Translations under genes and position numbers: made by a program
The notes under the pieces: generated by a model
Seen by the model: only the letters and a program-made list of their open reading frames with translations
What the model was told of the DNA's origin: nothing
The model's database searches: none
From: Fidelibacterota bacterium
GTDB lineage: Bacteria; Fidelibacterota; Marinisomatia; Marinisomatales; TCS55
DNA: 47,551 nt
Direction of reading: 5' to 3'
Assembly: GCA_046861385.1 (NCBI GenBank)
Contig: JBHHTW010000015.1
Coordinates: forward strand, 1 to 47,551
Part shown: positions 47,498-47,551 of the stretch, in pieces
Layout of the letters: every line of letters begins with the position of its first letter
Numbering within the stretch: the stretch's first letter is position 1

Positions 47498-47551
47498 TGG
47501 AAGATGGAGCATGGAAGATGGAGCATGGAAGATGGAGCATGGAAGATGGAG
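47496..47551 (+). repeat. Heptamer tandem repeat (SATGGAR x8; 14-bp period), running off the window end
   Basis: gatggaa gatggag catggaa gatggag catggaa gatggag catggaa gatggag. Confidence 0.95.

Overview
AT-rich bacterial chromosomal segment, most likely from an FCB-group organism. A Marinimicrobia/Calditrichota/Ignavibacteria-like assignment is inferred from the YPNPFN/FlgD-type C-terminal sorting domains and the gene style; it was not confirmed by a search. The right half (22.5-47.5 kb) is largely housekeeping: gdhA, PEP/pyruvate-binding protein, comF, pgk, tpiA, secG, tRNA-Leu, TPR protein, HAD hydrolase, acpS, nnr, vanZ-like, recN, murA, trkA/trkH, enoyl-CoA hydratase, DUF1611 plus epimerase, mce, a RelE-type toxin-antitoxin pair and polA. 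The left half (3.1-22.3 kb, between htpG and tRNA-Met) is an accessory thiol-redox-rich block. Three highlights follow. (1) Two ORFs that the ORF track splits (20614..22071 and 19984..20541) are one frame interrupted by an in-frame TGA in a W-U-P-V-C thioredoxin-fold motif, followed immediately by a SECIS-like hairpin. This is a probable exported multidomain selenoprotein heading a five-gene operon with a CxxC paralog, two DUF3179 lipoproteins and a Cys-Cys putative barrel. (2) A Crp/Fnr regulator with a CooA-like RQT recognition helix is accompanied by three TGTCA-N6-TGACA-type boxes, each about 30 bp from a -10-like hexamer and each upstream of a thioredoxin-fold gene. (3) A family of small CCTG...CAGG palindromic elements repeatedly sits inside the loops of other hairpins, including a duplicated tRNA-Leu T-arm. 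No CRISPR array, rRNA, integrase or transposase was seen.
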